A stretch of 39,491 nucleotides of DNA from Sphaeroforma arctica JP610 (Eukaryota), in assembly GCF_001186125.1 (NCBI RefSeq), contig NW_014039966.1, forward strand, positions 18,205 to 57,695, given 5' to 3'. This document shows positions 1 through 12,548 of the stretch, piece by piece. The first letter of the stretch is position 1. Every line of letters starts with the position of its first letter. Made by a program: the position numbers and the translations under genes. The notes below the pieces were generated by a model, which saw nothing but the letters and a program-made list of their open reading frames with translations, had not been told where the DNA came from and ran no database searches.

Positions 1-6
1 CCCACA

Positions 7-43
7 ATATATACACACATATATATATATATATATATATATT

Positions 44-124
<81 letters not shown>

Positions 125-152
125 TGTATGTATATGTTTATATGTATATATA
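7..152. repeat. (TA)n/(TG)n microsatellite
   Basis: Visible dinucleotide runs. Confidence 0.95.
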
Positions 153-897
153 TTCCCGTATGCCATTGTCAAATTGTAGTCGTCAAATTGTAGTCGAAAC
201 CCCTGTGTGTTTCGGTCTGTGCATGAATACTGTTAGACCACACCATAGCCTTCGAATGTTTCAATCCAGAAGGCTACATATTAGAACACATTCATATATA
301 TTTAACTGTAATTTTGTCTCTCGTGTTGACACAAATATTTGTTGCGCTTTGCGCGCCCTTTTCTCTTTCCCCCCTTTTCCTGCCCCTCCTTTTCCTTCTT
401 TGCCCCCCAATAATTAATCAAAAAAAGCTTGCTTTGCGTTACCCGACATTTTCAAAAATTCATTATTCCATTTTACCGTCATCAGTTTTCCTTCGACGGA
501 ATAACCGCTGTCGTAAACTATGCTTATTTTAAATATGTTTTCAGATTTCAGTCAGAGAGAAAGGGTCCTTGTGGTTAGTAAACTACGTGGCAATGTCGTA
601 AATACAGTAGAAGCCCCAAATTGATACACATGGTAAATGCGGAGCAATAACTGAGCTTTACGTTCACAGGAGTCGAGATGTCCGCAACATATGATAATTT
701 ATATAGCTAGCGTATGTAAACATAGGTGAACGCAATTGTATCTGTCGCGTGCTTAGTAGGTTTGCCGTTGACTGCATACACATTCGGATATATCTATATA
801 GTTGATATATATATGCATATAAATCATTTAGAATTATCTAGTATATAGAGGAAGAGAGGTATCGTTTTAGAGGTGTAAATCATACTATACAGTCACC

Positions 898-1651
898 ATG
901 GGACAACAGAAGAAGACCGCGAAGGGTCGGTTGGACAAATACTATTATATGGCCAAAGAACAAGGATACAGAGCTCGTTCTGCATTCAAGTTAGTACAGT
1001 TAAATAAGAAATTCGACTTCCTGAGTCAATCCAGATGTGTACTGGATCTCTGTGCAGCACCCGGGGGTTGGCTGCAAGTGGCAGCCAAATACTGCCCAAC
1101 ATCTAGTATCATCATTGGGGTGGATCGCGTGCCCATCAAGCCAATCAGGTGTGTGTGCACTATTGCTCTACTAAATTGGTAATGTCTATTGAATTACATA
1201 TATATAAGTGTGTGTGTGTGTGTGTATGTATATGTATATATATATATATATATATATGTATACATATATATGTATATGTATATATATATGTATGTCTGTG
1301 TGTGTGTGTGTCTGTATGTATATGCGTATGTACGTATGCCTATATATATATATCTATGTGTGTGTGTGTCTGTATGTATATGCGAATGTACGTATGCCTA
1401 TATATATATGTATATATATATTTATATATATATATATATACATTCACACTTAACTTTTATACACTTGCACACACATATACATCATATATATATTTATATA
1501 AATATAAACAAATACATATATATATATATATATATATATATTCATTTGCTTTGCGTATTTTATGTTTGGATATATTTATATTTATATATATATATACATT
1601 CACACTTAACTTTTATACACTTGCACACACATACATCATATATATAAACAA

Positions 1652-1690
<39 letters not shown>

Positions 1691-4600
1691 CTTTTTTTTT
1701 AACTGGATTGTTTATAGTTATGCTCTTTGACTTAGATCGATATATGTGCACAAAACAATAACTGGAAATAGTAAGTGTAATTTTCTAATTATTACACTAA
1801 TATTGGTATACTTATCTGCATAGTGATATGTATATTTACAAATATTGTAAGTGTAGATTGTACGAATCGCATGAAATCGTTTGTCGTCAAACTCTGTCAG
1901 CCCGTAATGGCATACACGGTGTTTTATGTACATGTGTATGATATACAATTTATTGTACGTCCGTGTGTATCAACGTACGTGTACAATCATTTTCAGCCCA
2001 CGTATGATCATGGAGGTGCCATTACATGCTTGGCACTGTACACCTATATCTTTTTGTCAAAGACTATGAGGTGTTTTAAGCCCCCAAGTATGAGGCTTTA
2101 CTCGTGAAGCTTGATGACAACCATGTCCCACGAGTGAGAATACACGCACATTTATGAAGATATTTACTGTTTTTATTATAGTTAGCTGTGTGTTATCATA
2201 CAAACTCGAAGTTTGCCCTCAAGGGTTTACGGAGAGGCGTAGTTAGCGCGTGTGCATGTCTTCGTCTTTTTCTTACCGATACACATTCACACTTGGTTTG
2301 CGAGGGAAAACCTCAGTTTGGACCAGTCTCGCATACAAAGGCTGAGCATCTTTATTTTCATGTGGTGCATGTATGCAAGATGTAGATCGGTTTATATATA
2401 AACGATTTATGAAATGCTGAATGTGTATGGCTTGCGCCGGAGAGTTTTCTTCAAGGTTTCCTTTACGTGCACCTATGTCTGATATTTGTGGCATATGCAA
2501 ATACCTGTGCATCTCTACGCATTTATATATATATATACGTCGGCGCTATTTTACATTTGGTTGTTGCCGCGTATTAGTACCACGAACCTACAATCACTCC
2601 GGAGCAGCCCCGCCTGTGTTTCTCTACCACTGGCAACCACCACATACGACACCTGTTTGTTCACCTCTGTATACTCTTGCCTGTCTTTCGTCCTCATCAC
2701 ACAACCCGTTGACACGGCTTGGCCACATGACTCTCCGTGTTATTCGAGCAGAAATGTCATCGGCCTTACTGAAGATATCACAACCGAGAAGTGCCGGCAG
2801 AATATTAAGAAAGAGCTTAAGGGCTGGCAGGTGGATGCTGTGTTGCACGATGGTGCTCCCAATGTTGGTACCGCCTGGGTCCAAGATGCTTTCTCTCAGG
2901 TGTGTTCTATTTATAGCGGACCAATCAGGAATAAATGTTTAAGGGTGTACGTGTGCCTGCACATGCGGTGTCCTTGGTGTACGTGTGGATGTAACCCCCT
3001 CTTAAGAACAAAACGAGTGTGTATTCAAGGGTGTGTTGCATTCGCATCTGAAGTGGAACCGATATGTACAGGCGCGTATAGCTAGTGCCAAGCGTCATCG
3101 ATGTATGTATGAATCAAACGTCGATATAGGGCAGAGTGCCCTCCTGTTTGTGTACTAAGGACATTCACACAGGCTTACAACGTGCGCTTAAATGTGCGTT
3201 GTACTAAGGACATTTACACAGGCTTACAACGTGCGCTTATATGTGCGTTGTACTAAAGACATTCACACAGGCTTACAACGTGCGCTTATACGTGCGTTGT
3301 ACTAAGGACATTTACACAGGCTTACAACGTGCGCTTATATGTGCGTTGTACTAAAGACATTCACACAGGCTTACAACGTGCGCTTATATGTGCGTTTCGT
3401 ATACCTATCCACTGCCTGCCACATGTGTGTACAAAATGCCGACAAGCACCCGAAGTTGTACCCGCGGCATAGCTGTACTAAGTGTCCAAATCGGAGTTTG
3501 TCTGACCTCACGACGCTATACACAGGTGTATATTTGTGTGTTACTAGTCTATGGTTAAGAACCCGAACCCCCAAACACTCATAAAGAATCACGTGGAGTG
3601 TATATATTCACATGTAGGGATATGCGCTGCTTCATCTCAACACCGCAGGGACTGCACAGGTGCGCATCTGTTTCAACGGCAGTAAAAATGTCTCACGGAC
3701 TTGCTTTCCTCGTTATTTGTCCTCTACCGATTAAAACAGGTCGAGTTGGCCCTGAAATCGCTTCAACTGGCAACCGAATTCCTCAAACCCGGAGGCTGGT
3801 TTGTGTCCAAGGTGTTCAGATCGGGCGATTACTTTGCCTTCATGTGGGTACTGAACCAACTGTTCGAAAAAGTGCACGCCACCAAGCCACCGAGTTCCCG
3901 TAATGTATCTGCGGAGATCTTTGTGGTGTGCAAAGGGTACAAGGCACCCGATAAGATGGATCCACGCCTGTTGGACCCGAAGTACGTTTTCGAAAACGTA
4001 GAGAACAAGAAGAAGGTGGATTTGTTTTCCGCGAAGACAAAGAAAGCACAGGCCGCTGGGTATGTAAAGACGTGTATAGTATATATTACTCGGTCAGGGC
4101 CGGTGGGGATTGTAAGATATTTATATATATATATAAATGCCATGAAGGTGTACATGTGGATTTTTTTGCATATGCACCTCGCTTTCTATCCGTTTATTGA
4201 CATGCACGTACAAGGCTCTGTACAGTCTCATCAGGCACACATTGTGCTTGATATACACATACGTTACCAACCACGTATTTACATCTATACAAACGTATAT
4301 AAACAAATATATATACTTGGAAGTATGTATCTATTTTCGTATATATATAGGGCTTTACTGACGTAAAGCACGTAGCCAGTCACTCATTCATATACGATTG
4401 TACATATACCAACTGACCTCGTGTGTTTTACCTCGGTATGCTCCCAGTTACGACGATAATATCACGCAACACACCAAGAAGTGTGCGTCCCAGTTTGTTC
4501 ACTGCGAGGATCCGATGCTGTTTCTGGTGCAGACCTCACAGATCGCATTCGACGACCAACAGGAAGACGACGTGCGGTTCAAGAAGCACGTGGCCACAAC

Positions 4601-7600
4601 CCAAGAGGTGTGTGGCTGCCATCCGTGACTTGAGCTTGTATTCTAATACTTTTGCTGCGTGTGTATTTGTACGTGCATGTGTATGAGCCTGTACAACGTA
4701 CTGCATGCCTGCGTTTAGACGTTGTGAATGTGTGTTCTGTGTCTTGTGTGACCGTCGCAGATCACATCTGGTGATCAGCAGGCGAGTGGCTGTGCGATCG
4801 AAGAGCTCCTGCCGTGTGGCACGAGTATATCAATTCATATAAGTACTACGTCTGTATGTGACGGGTCTGCATATGTATATATTGCCCACTCCCTTACACT
4901 GCACTGGTCATATATGTAGCTTGGTATTTGTTTTGTGTGGATACGTCTGCTACAGACGTTTGGCTTGCGCACTGTCTACGCCAGCAGCAAGATATTGTGC
5001 GCTCTAATCAGGACATGACCACAGGTCAACGTAGTGTGTCGCATGCAGGTGTCTGAATGAATCTCGCGGTTACCATATCACACTATCGTACTAGACAAAG
5101 TTAAATTCTTATCATAAGACTAAGTTTTACCCTACCATAACCCTAACCTATTACACAAAGTTCAATTTTCAGATACACGTGACAGTGCAGTCTTGCACAT
5201 TCGGTTGGGTTGTCCATGAATCATCCAATCCCTTACACACCAACAATAATCATTCCGATAGTCTCACAAGTTGAACTTACAGTGGTCTCGCATTTTGTTC
5301 CTCCAACCTCTGGAAGATCTGTTTGGGGGAGGGTTGAGGAAGATATCAAGTTTCTGTTTATCCTTACAGTATCTTGTTTTATATTTATATTCGTAGGTAC
5401 ACCTGTGCATGGAAGATCTGAAGGTCTTGGGCAAAAAGGATCTGAAGCTTCTGCTCAAATGGCGCACGCAGATGCGCAAGGTGTGGAGGGATGAACACCC
5501 CGACGCTCCTGTACCCGGCCAGACTGTGGACATTACAGAGGTGGGTGAATATCTCTTGAAGGCCATGATATATATGAATGTACTCTGTCATATATATAGA
5601 TATATGTGGATTGTTTACACATTGACTTATGTGTATACAATATTATTTAAATGTCTTGCTGATTGGGTGTGCGTGCATGTTAAGTATGAGTGTACGCGTT
5701 GTGTACAACGCCCATTGCATATACTAACGCTGACTGTCGAGTGATCCAGCATTCAATGTCCTTAATCCAATGAGACTGTAATGTACAACGACAAGTACAG
5801 TATCGTTAATATTATATTGTCTATATTCTTGTATGTATATATATATGTATACAGAGGTTGATGGCTATCGTTGATATAGTCTACGTGATCATATCTTCTA
5901 TCAAATTACCCCTTGAACATACAACTACGTACGTGTTCATCCCATCAACAAACCTCAACTTTGGGTCACATATCTCTATGTACTTTATAAAAACCCACGA
6001 ACGCGAATCTAATACAACTGCACACTTAAGTAACGTGTGCCTCCCAACTCTAGGCACTCAATGCGGGTACACCTGCATACATATAGTCCACCACTCGTTT
6101 CTACCCCATCGATGCACATACAACAGTAAATCCCAAGTTATGTATACCTAACTTATGTCTGCCTACTATCTCTACCCCCAGGACGCGGACGACGCCGACG
6201 CCGCGGACGACGATGGGGTGGAGATGACCACTGAAGAAGCAGAAACACTCGAGATAGAAGACATGATCGCCGAGGCTAAAGAGAGTGAAAAGCGCGACAC
6301 TAAGGCTAAACGCCGCAAGACACACCGGCTAGAGGCCAAACAGAAGGAGCGGCTGGCGCTGCACATGGACCTGCCCGGAGACACATTCGATACACAGGAG
6401 GACGCGACGCTGTTCGGTATCAAGACGCTCAAGAACGCGAAGAATCTGGAGCAGGTGGGTGGGTATTGTACTTATCTATTGATTGATTGATTATTTTTCG
6501 TAATAGGACTGAATGTCCCGGTTTTGTCTGTTCTGGTTCGCCATTGACAAATACGGTGTGGCTTGCAGGCGTGTGCTTTTTATCTGTGCTCATGTATATA
6601 CTCGTTTTTTTGTTTTTGTTTTTTTAGGTGGGTAACAATGTAACCCTGCCTGATATCCTGGGAGATAGTGAGGATGACTGGAGTGATGACTCAGAGGCGA
6701 GTGACAGCTACACTGACAACTCGGACTACGATAGTGAAGACGAGGAGGAAGCCAAGTACAAGCGCAAGCGAGAGGCGGTATGTGTATATATGCTTATGTT
6801 CAATTTGTATTTGTATATGTATGTATATATATATAGTTGTATATAGCGCAGAGTCATGCACGCTCATCTATATATATATATTCAGCTGTCTGCGTGTGAA
6901 TTTCTGAACTGTACATCTTTTTCTCTCTTGTGATTATGTATTTCATAGGCCCCCATGTATCCTCTCACCATTGCCCCCGTATACGACATTCATGCTATAT
7001 ATGTGTGTATGTGTTTGTTGTTTCTGTCTGTCTGTGTATTCGTACATGTTGTGCGCACATAGTCCTCCATACACGGGCCATACCTCACAGGAGCTCGAAA
7101 AAAGGTTCTTCGACCACAGAGCCCGCCACATATTTGGAGGCCATTGTGTACATATATATCGGTATTGTATATACCACGATATAGTAGTTCACTATATATG
7201 TGTGTGTGTGTGTGTATTCTCACATAAACCTCTCAACATGCCCACCACCCACAGGAACTCGAAGAGATGTTCTTGGACCACAGAGCTCGCCACCTACCGG
7301 GTGGTCGTGCGTCGGCTAAGCTGGACGCTAGAGCGGCTCGCAAGGAGAAGAGAAACGGCAAAGAGGAGGAGGTAGTGTTGGGCGAAGAAATGAACACGGA
7401 ACAGATTGTGACAGAGGTGCAGGCTAGAAACCCTTTGTTGGTGGATATGGATGACAGGAGCTCGGATATGAAGACGGAGATGTGGTTCCAGCAGGTGTGT
7501 GAGTGGGGTATCTGTAGATGTGGACGTGCACGTACTCGTGTGCATGTGTTTGTGTCTGTATATAGATGGATGCGTATATTGTTCAGTGTTCTATTACAAG

Positions 7601-10257
7601 GATATTGCAGGTCAGAGCTATGTATATATATGTGTGTGTACGGGACAGGCTTGTACTTGCCCAGTTTTAGTCTGATGTGGGATCATTTGTCGCATCCTAC
7701 ACGTCTGACGAATATGCATGTGTATGTATAATATATATATATGCGTATGTATGTAAGTTGGTTGTGTTTCATGCATTAGAATACGAACTTGTGATATGGC
7801 CTCGGATGCTTACGGGCGTTCGTACCTATACCAAAAAAATAGCTCGTATTCTCGTAATATATATGTTATAAATGTAGATTTGTGCTTAAAAACGTGTATA
7901 AAAGTTTGTTTTGTATTGTTGTATATACGTATTCACTGTATATGCGTACTCGTTTTTGAACAGGATGCCTTTGCGGACATCCTCAACGAGGGCGATGACG
8001 AGGAGGCGGAGATCTCCGCGCTTGCCACAGTCGCTGAGAAGACCAGAAAACGTAAACAGGATGCAGAAAACGTAAACGAACCCGCCGCCGAAGCCGGCAC
8101 TGCGACAGCGGCTCAGAACAAAAAGCAGAAACTGGCGCGCGAGGCAAATGGCGGCGACTTCGAAGCCGTAGCGGAGGAGGAATATGTAACAGACAGTGAG
8201 AGTGACTACGACGATAGCGAGGATGAAAACGTAGACGGAGAGCCTACGTATACGGGTGGGGTGGCGCCAAAGGACTCGCGCGCACTTAACGCCGAGGGAT
8301 TGGCTTTAGGAACACTCTTGCTGAACAAGAAGGTGTTTGTGTGAGCACGTGTACGTGTTGGATTGTATTGCACCTTTTATATGAATACAGCTATCGATAG
8401 GTGTTGTCGAAGGTACAGGTGTTGAGTGCTTATTTCGAGTACTTCGTATATGCATGTCATAATCTCAGCACACTGTATGTTATGCTTGTAGCGTCTGAGG
8501 TAAGCGTAGGATGTATGAAACAATGTGTTCCCGTCTGTGCGTATATAACTTTATCTCACCCGCTCTGCACGTATCCGCACACCTCGGGCAGTACGCATAC
8601 ATAGGAATTAAAGTCTTCGTATGTATATATATCTTGTACACATACATAGGAATTAAAGTCTTCGTATGTATATATATTGTACTCATCTCTAGCTGTGAAG
8701 TGTATATGCAGTTGAGCCTAGTCAAACACACTAGTGATTCTAAATATGGTAGACACCTATCCAATGATATGGATCTCTCAAATTCGTCTGTATCTCTCTC
8801 TACCCACTACTAAAAAGTCGCGTAATGAGCTGATTGATGACTCTTACAATCGTTACAACCGTGGAGAGGAGCATCTGCCCAACTGGTTCATGGACCACGA
8901 GAAGAAATTCCAGACAGGTGAGTGTTTGCACACGACATATCTACCGTATGTGTCCCAGTTGTACGTGTAAGCGTCTTGTGTACAGGTACTGTATTGATTA
9001 TACAGTTAGCGAAGTTGTTTTTATTTCAAACCTCACTTAGTTGCATCCTCGTGATATGTGTTTCTCGGAAGTTGCACGAATCTGCTGACGAGCAATCCTC
9101 ACTGTCGCGATGGTCTCTAATCTGACCGATATATTTGACCCGGTGTATATGTGCATAGATTAACAAGCTTTCTACCATACACCTTACTCAGTCCTCCCAT
9201 TGAATTGTACAACCCCGTAGCGTATTCGTCCGTTGTACATATCCAGCTCAAAGCTCCGGACGCAGTCCCCGCCTCTTCTCACCCGTCACACCCATACATC
9301 ATCTCTCTTGTTGTGTGTCTCTGCGGTGTTTTAACCCCCTTCGGGAGGCATAAGCATCTCAAGTAGTCGTTGCATTTGTATGTTCTCGTCACATCCATAC
9401 ATCATCTCTCTTGTTGTGTGTCTCTGCGGTGTTTTAAACCCCTTCAGGAGGCTTAAGCATCTCAAGTAGTCGTTGCATTTGTAATTTGTATGTTCTCGTC
9501 ACATCCATATATCATCTCTCTTGTGGTGTGTCTCTGCGGTGTTTTAAACCCCTACGGGAGGCTTAAGCATCTCAAGTAGTCGTTGCATTTCTATTTGCTC
9601 TTAGGTCCCCAACAACCCATTCCGAAGGACATGCTGGCGTACTACAAAGACCGTCTAAAGGAAGTCAACGCTCGACCAATCAAAAAGGTCGCCGAGGCTC
9701 GGGCGCGTAAGAAGATGAAGTCCGAAAAGAAAACCGACGCCATCAAGCGCAAGATGGAGGGAGTGGCCAACTCCGATATGGGAGCGGTTCAGAAGGGCAA
9801 AGAGGTGGGTCTTGTCGTACGCGTGTGCTTGCTGCCAGGAATCGCATGCGAGTTTAGTGCTGTATATGGACTATTCAAACTACGCTCACGTATAGGCAAC
9901 TGTGGATGGGTGTAACTGTACCGGCTTTATGTTTGTGTTTCTACACGTGCACACGCGTGTAGTTTCAAGTTCACTCCTCTTCCCTACCTACTGTTGTGAC
10001 GTTTCCTCCGTTGCTCAAACCAATATGCATTCACGCACACGCAGTTGGAGAAACTACTGCGTAAGGCTGATAAGAAATCGGGTCGCCGAGACGCGCCCCA
10101 AATTATCGTAGCCAATAAGACAACCGGAAAAGGTCGCCCGACGGGTGTGAAGGGTAGGTATAAGGTGCTAGATAAGCGTATGAAGAGTGATCTAAGAGGT
10201 GAGAAGAAGGCTGCTGATAGGAAGGCGGGCAAGAAACCCAAGAAGAAAAGATATTAA
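898..10257 (+). CDS. SPB1: AdoMet-dependent 25S/28S rRNA 2'-O-methyltransferase Spb1/FTSJ3, 12 exons, ~855 aa
   Basis: Manual exon model with GT-AG junctions and consistent phases: 898-1148, 2752-2899, 3740-4059, 4448-4607, 5397-5540, 6182-6454, 6628-6777, 7255-7494, 7964-8332, 8818-8917, 9605-9804, 10045-10257 (2568 nt). FtsJ-domain motifs [58 protein letters not shown]. Spb1-specific [17 protein letters not shown]...[21 protein letters not shown] and the C-terminal [16 protein letters not shown]. Confidence 0.95.
1195..1690. repeat. Intronic compound (TG)n/(TA)n microsatellite with a ~155-bp duplicated block
   Basis: Dinucleotide runs; cattcacacttaacttttatacacttgcacacacata occurs at ~1441 and ~1597. 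Confidence 0.9.
3151..3396. repeat. 49-bp minisatellite, 5 copies, in SPB1 intron 2
   Basis: Unit tgtactaa(g/a)gacatt(c/t)acacaggcttacaacgtgcgctta(t/a)atgtgcgt starts at 3151, 3200, 3249, 3298 and 3347. Confidence 0.95.
9293..9590. repeat. ~103-110-bp tandem repeat, 3 copies, in SPB1 intron 10
   Basis: catcatctctcttgttgtgtgtctctgcggtgttttaa...aagcatctcaagtagtcgttgcattt is repeated three times. Confidence 0.92.
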
Positions 10258-10699
10258 GTATGTATGTGCGAGATAGGTATGCATTGAGGATTACCGGAGA
10301 GATAAGATAAGGAGATATGTGCAAGACAATGAATATATTAAAACCAAAATTAGCATGTTTTTTTACACCTTATAAAAACGACAAAAAAACATGCTATGTG
10401 TACGTTACGGACTCGAGCGAGGCTAATTTGCTTTTATCGTGCTATGTGTACGTTAAAGACTCGAGCGAGGCTAATTTGCGTAAACTGTAATATGTATGAC
10501 AAGAAACTACAAATTTATGATACACGTTCAACCCGGCCTTCTGGATATATCGTGCTTCGTAAACCAGATGTAAATATTGCAACTAATATGGTCACAAAGA
10601 TATAAGGCCATGCCATACTCCAAGGTGATTTACATTTTGTGCTTGTTTATGATTTGTGTATAAATATGCTTCTGTATGTATGGAGAAATATATGTAAAT

Positions 10700-10898
10700 A
10701 TTTGCTAAATATATTTATTTATATATATATATGTATACTCTATACATATATTTACATATATATATATATGTATGTATATATATATATATATATATACTCA
10801 TATATATATATATATATTCATATATATACATATATATATATGTGTGTGTATGTATGTATGTATATATATATATTTATATAGATATATATATATATATC
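10700..10898. repeat. (TA)n-rich microsatellite between the SPB1 and PL14 3' ends
   Basis: Visible dinucleotide runs. Confidence 0.9.
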
Positions 10899-11185
10899 AC
10901 CATACGCCGAAGTGTCGTTGATATGAACACTCGTGGGTCTTCTATGGGTATTGGGTTTCGATGGCAAATAGCCAAATGCGCGAGACTGCTAGGAGAAAAA
11001 TACTACTGATCGTTACGGCTCATACATGTGTCGTTGTCCCAGCAAAGGCAGCATGACAATTGTTGGAATTAAACAAAATGTTTCCAGGTCTTACTTTCTC
11101 GCAATTTTAATGAACACTGTCGAGAGTACTAATTTATAATATGATTTCTGGCTAAGCGCAAGTATCCTGGCTTCATTTGTCGTGC

Positions 11186-12136
11186 TCAAACGATACCAGC
11201 TGTGAGTCTGAACCCTTTAAAGTCTATTTGTGTGTCATAGACGGGAGCGTAGTCCGAACTACCTCCACCAAAAAAGGTGCTGAAGTACATACCAGATAAT
11301 GGTACTGACTTGTCGATTCGATATCCCAAGGAATTTTCTGACATGACTAGTCTATCATTGTGATATAGGTTCCAAAACCCGTCTTGGTTGCCGTCGGTGT
11401 TCATCCACACCTGCATCTTAATCTTGTTCCACTGTCCCTTGCGGAATGAAAACGACGCACGATTCATGGAGCAATGGGTCATCTCGTCGCAAGTGGTGCC
11501 TGCTGAATAACCGGAGCACTTGTTGCAAAAGCTGTTTCTTTGTAGGGACATCGGTAGATAAAGATATGCCTCACCATCACCATTTTCCCTCCACATAAGC
11601 CGCGTACTGAAACAATCACTTCCAGTGGCTTTATGGCCACCACTACACGTCCTATCGCCCCCATGCATACCTGGAAGTTTTCCTCCCTTCGCAAAATCAA
11701 AATTCTCGTCAAAATAAACCTCATACTCCAGTGTAGCGGCTACTAGCTCCCACAGAGACTCTAGTTGCGTTGTGTAAAATTGTGACCCTGACCCCTCTTG
11801 ATCCCCGCCATAAGTCCCTGCTAAAATTGGCACCTGCATGATTTTTTCCGACGAATCTATGCGATTGCGTGCTATAATATTGTGATTTGTTTTCTGGGGT
11901 GTGCACTGAGAACTAGCATGTATGGCACCAAAGCACCCATCTTTTTTGGCGGCGAATATAGTATACATATCTGGAGCATCACCAGTTGATAAGAAGTCGA
12001 AGTTAATTACGTCGAACATTTCTAGTGCTCCATACCCCTCTATAACGCTATCGCTACGTTGTTCGAGGTCCAAGTCAGGTCGTGCCATGACCAACCCCAT
12101 TAAATAAGCAGTTGTAAATAGCTGATTCATCAGCAT
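11186..12136 (-). CDS. Polysaccharide lyase family 14 (alginate lyase-like), secreted, single exon, 316 aa
   Basis: Uninterrupted ORF with a hydrophobic N-terminus (LFTTAYLMGLVMA). PL14 motifs LEYEVYFDENFDFAKGGKLPG, CFSTRLMWR..GDGEAYLY, F.KGQW and FSTFFGG. Confidence 0.88.
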   Translation of the reverse strand: MLMNQLFTTAYLMGLVMARPDLDLEQRSDSVIEGYGALEMFDVINFDFLSTGDAPDMYTIFAAKKDGCFGAIHASSQCTPQKTNHNIIARNRIDSSEKIMQVPILAGTYGGDQEGSGSQFYTTQLESLWELVAATLEYEVYFDENFDFAKGGKLPGMHGGDRTCSGGHKATGSDCFSTRLMWRENGDGEAYLYLPMSLQRNSFCNKCSGYSAGTTCDEMTHCSMNRASFSFRKGQWNKIKMQVWMNTDGNQDGFWNLYHNDRLVMSENSLGYRIDKSVPLSGMYFSTFFGGGSSDYAPVYDTQIDFKGFRLTAGIV

Positions 12137-12480
12137 TTTACGTATTTCTAAAAACCACGAACTTTTATCTTTGTGTAGGCTGAAGCAGGTTGCTTTACAT
12201 ATATATATTTATTTATGTTTTTGGTTGCTTTACATTTATTTCTGTATTTTATTTTATTTTAAATATTTATTTACAATATCGGCAGCGTTTCACACATTTG
12301 CGTGTGTGCCCCTATCAAAAAGTTTTTATCAACGGCAAAAAGAAAATTGCCAGAGGTTCAGATTACCAAAAATGCTCTTGATTGCATTCATCAATGTATC
12401 TTCTTTTCTGATTTCTACGTGTCATATTGGTGGGTGAATTTTAAAAAACGGTATTCTAACAGGCGGACCACTGACCAGCG

Positions 12481-12548
12481 TCCAGACTCCAGACTCCAGA
12501 CTCCAGACTCCAGACTCCAGACTCCAGACTCCAGAGCCCAGTCCAGAC
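12481..12548. repeat. Heptamer tandem repeat (TCCAGAC)n
   Basis: About 7 perfect copies plus degenerate flanking copies. Confidence 0.95.

Noticed and set aside
1149..1751. Long Y/I/C/V-rich ORFs (also 10639-11009 and 124-417)
   Set aside because: Translations of (TA)n/(TG)n microsatellites in introns or intergenic DNA.
3151..3396. CRISPR-like regular repeat
   Set aside because: Contiguous 49-bp units with no unique spacers, inside a eukaryotic intron, and no cas genes.
5128..5150. Telomere-like ccctaaccta (also ttaggg at ~13472 and ~23632)
   Set aside because: Only 1-2 degenerate units; compatible with chance.
8596..8678. Short local duplications (also 10393-10479 and 168-197)
   Set aside because: Two-copy slippage duplications with no further structure.
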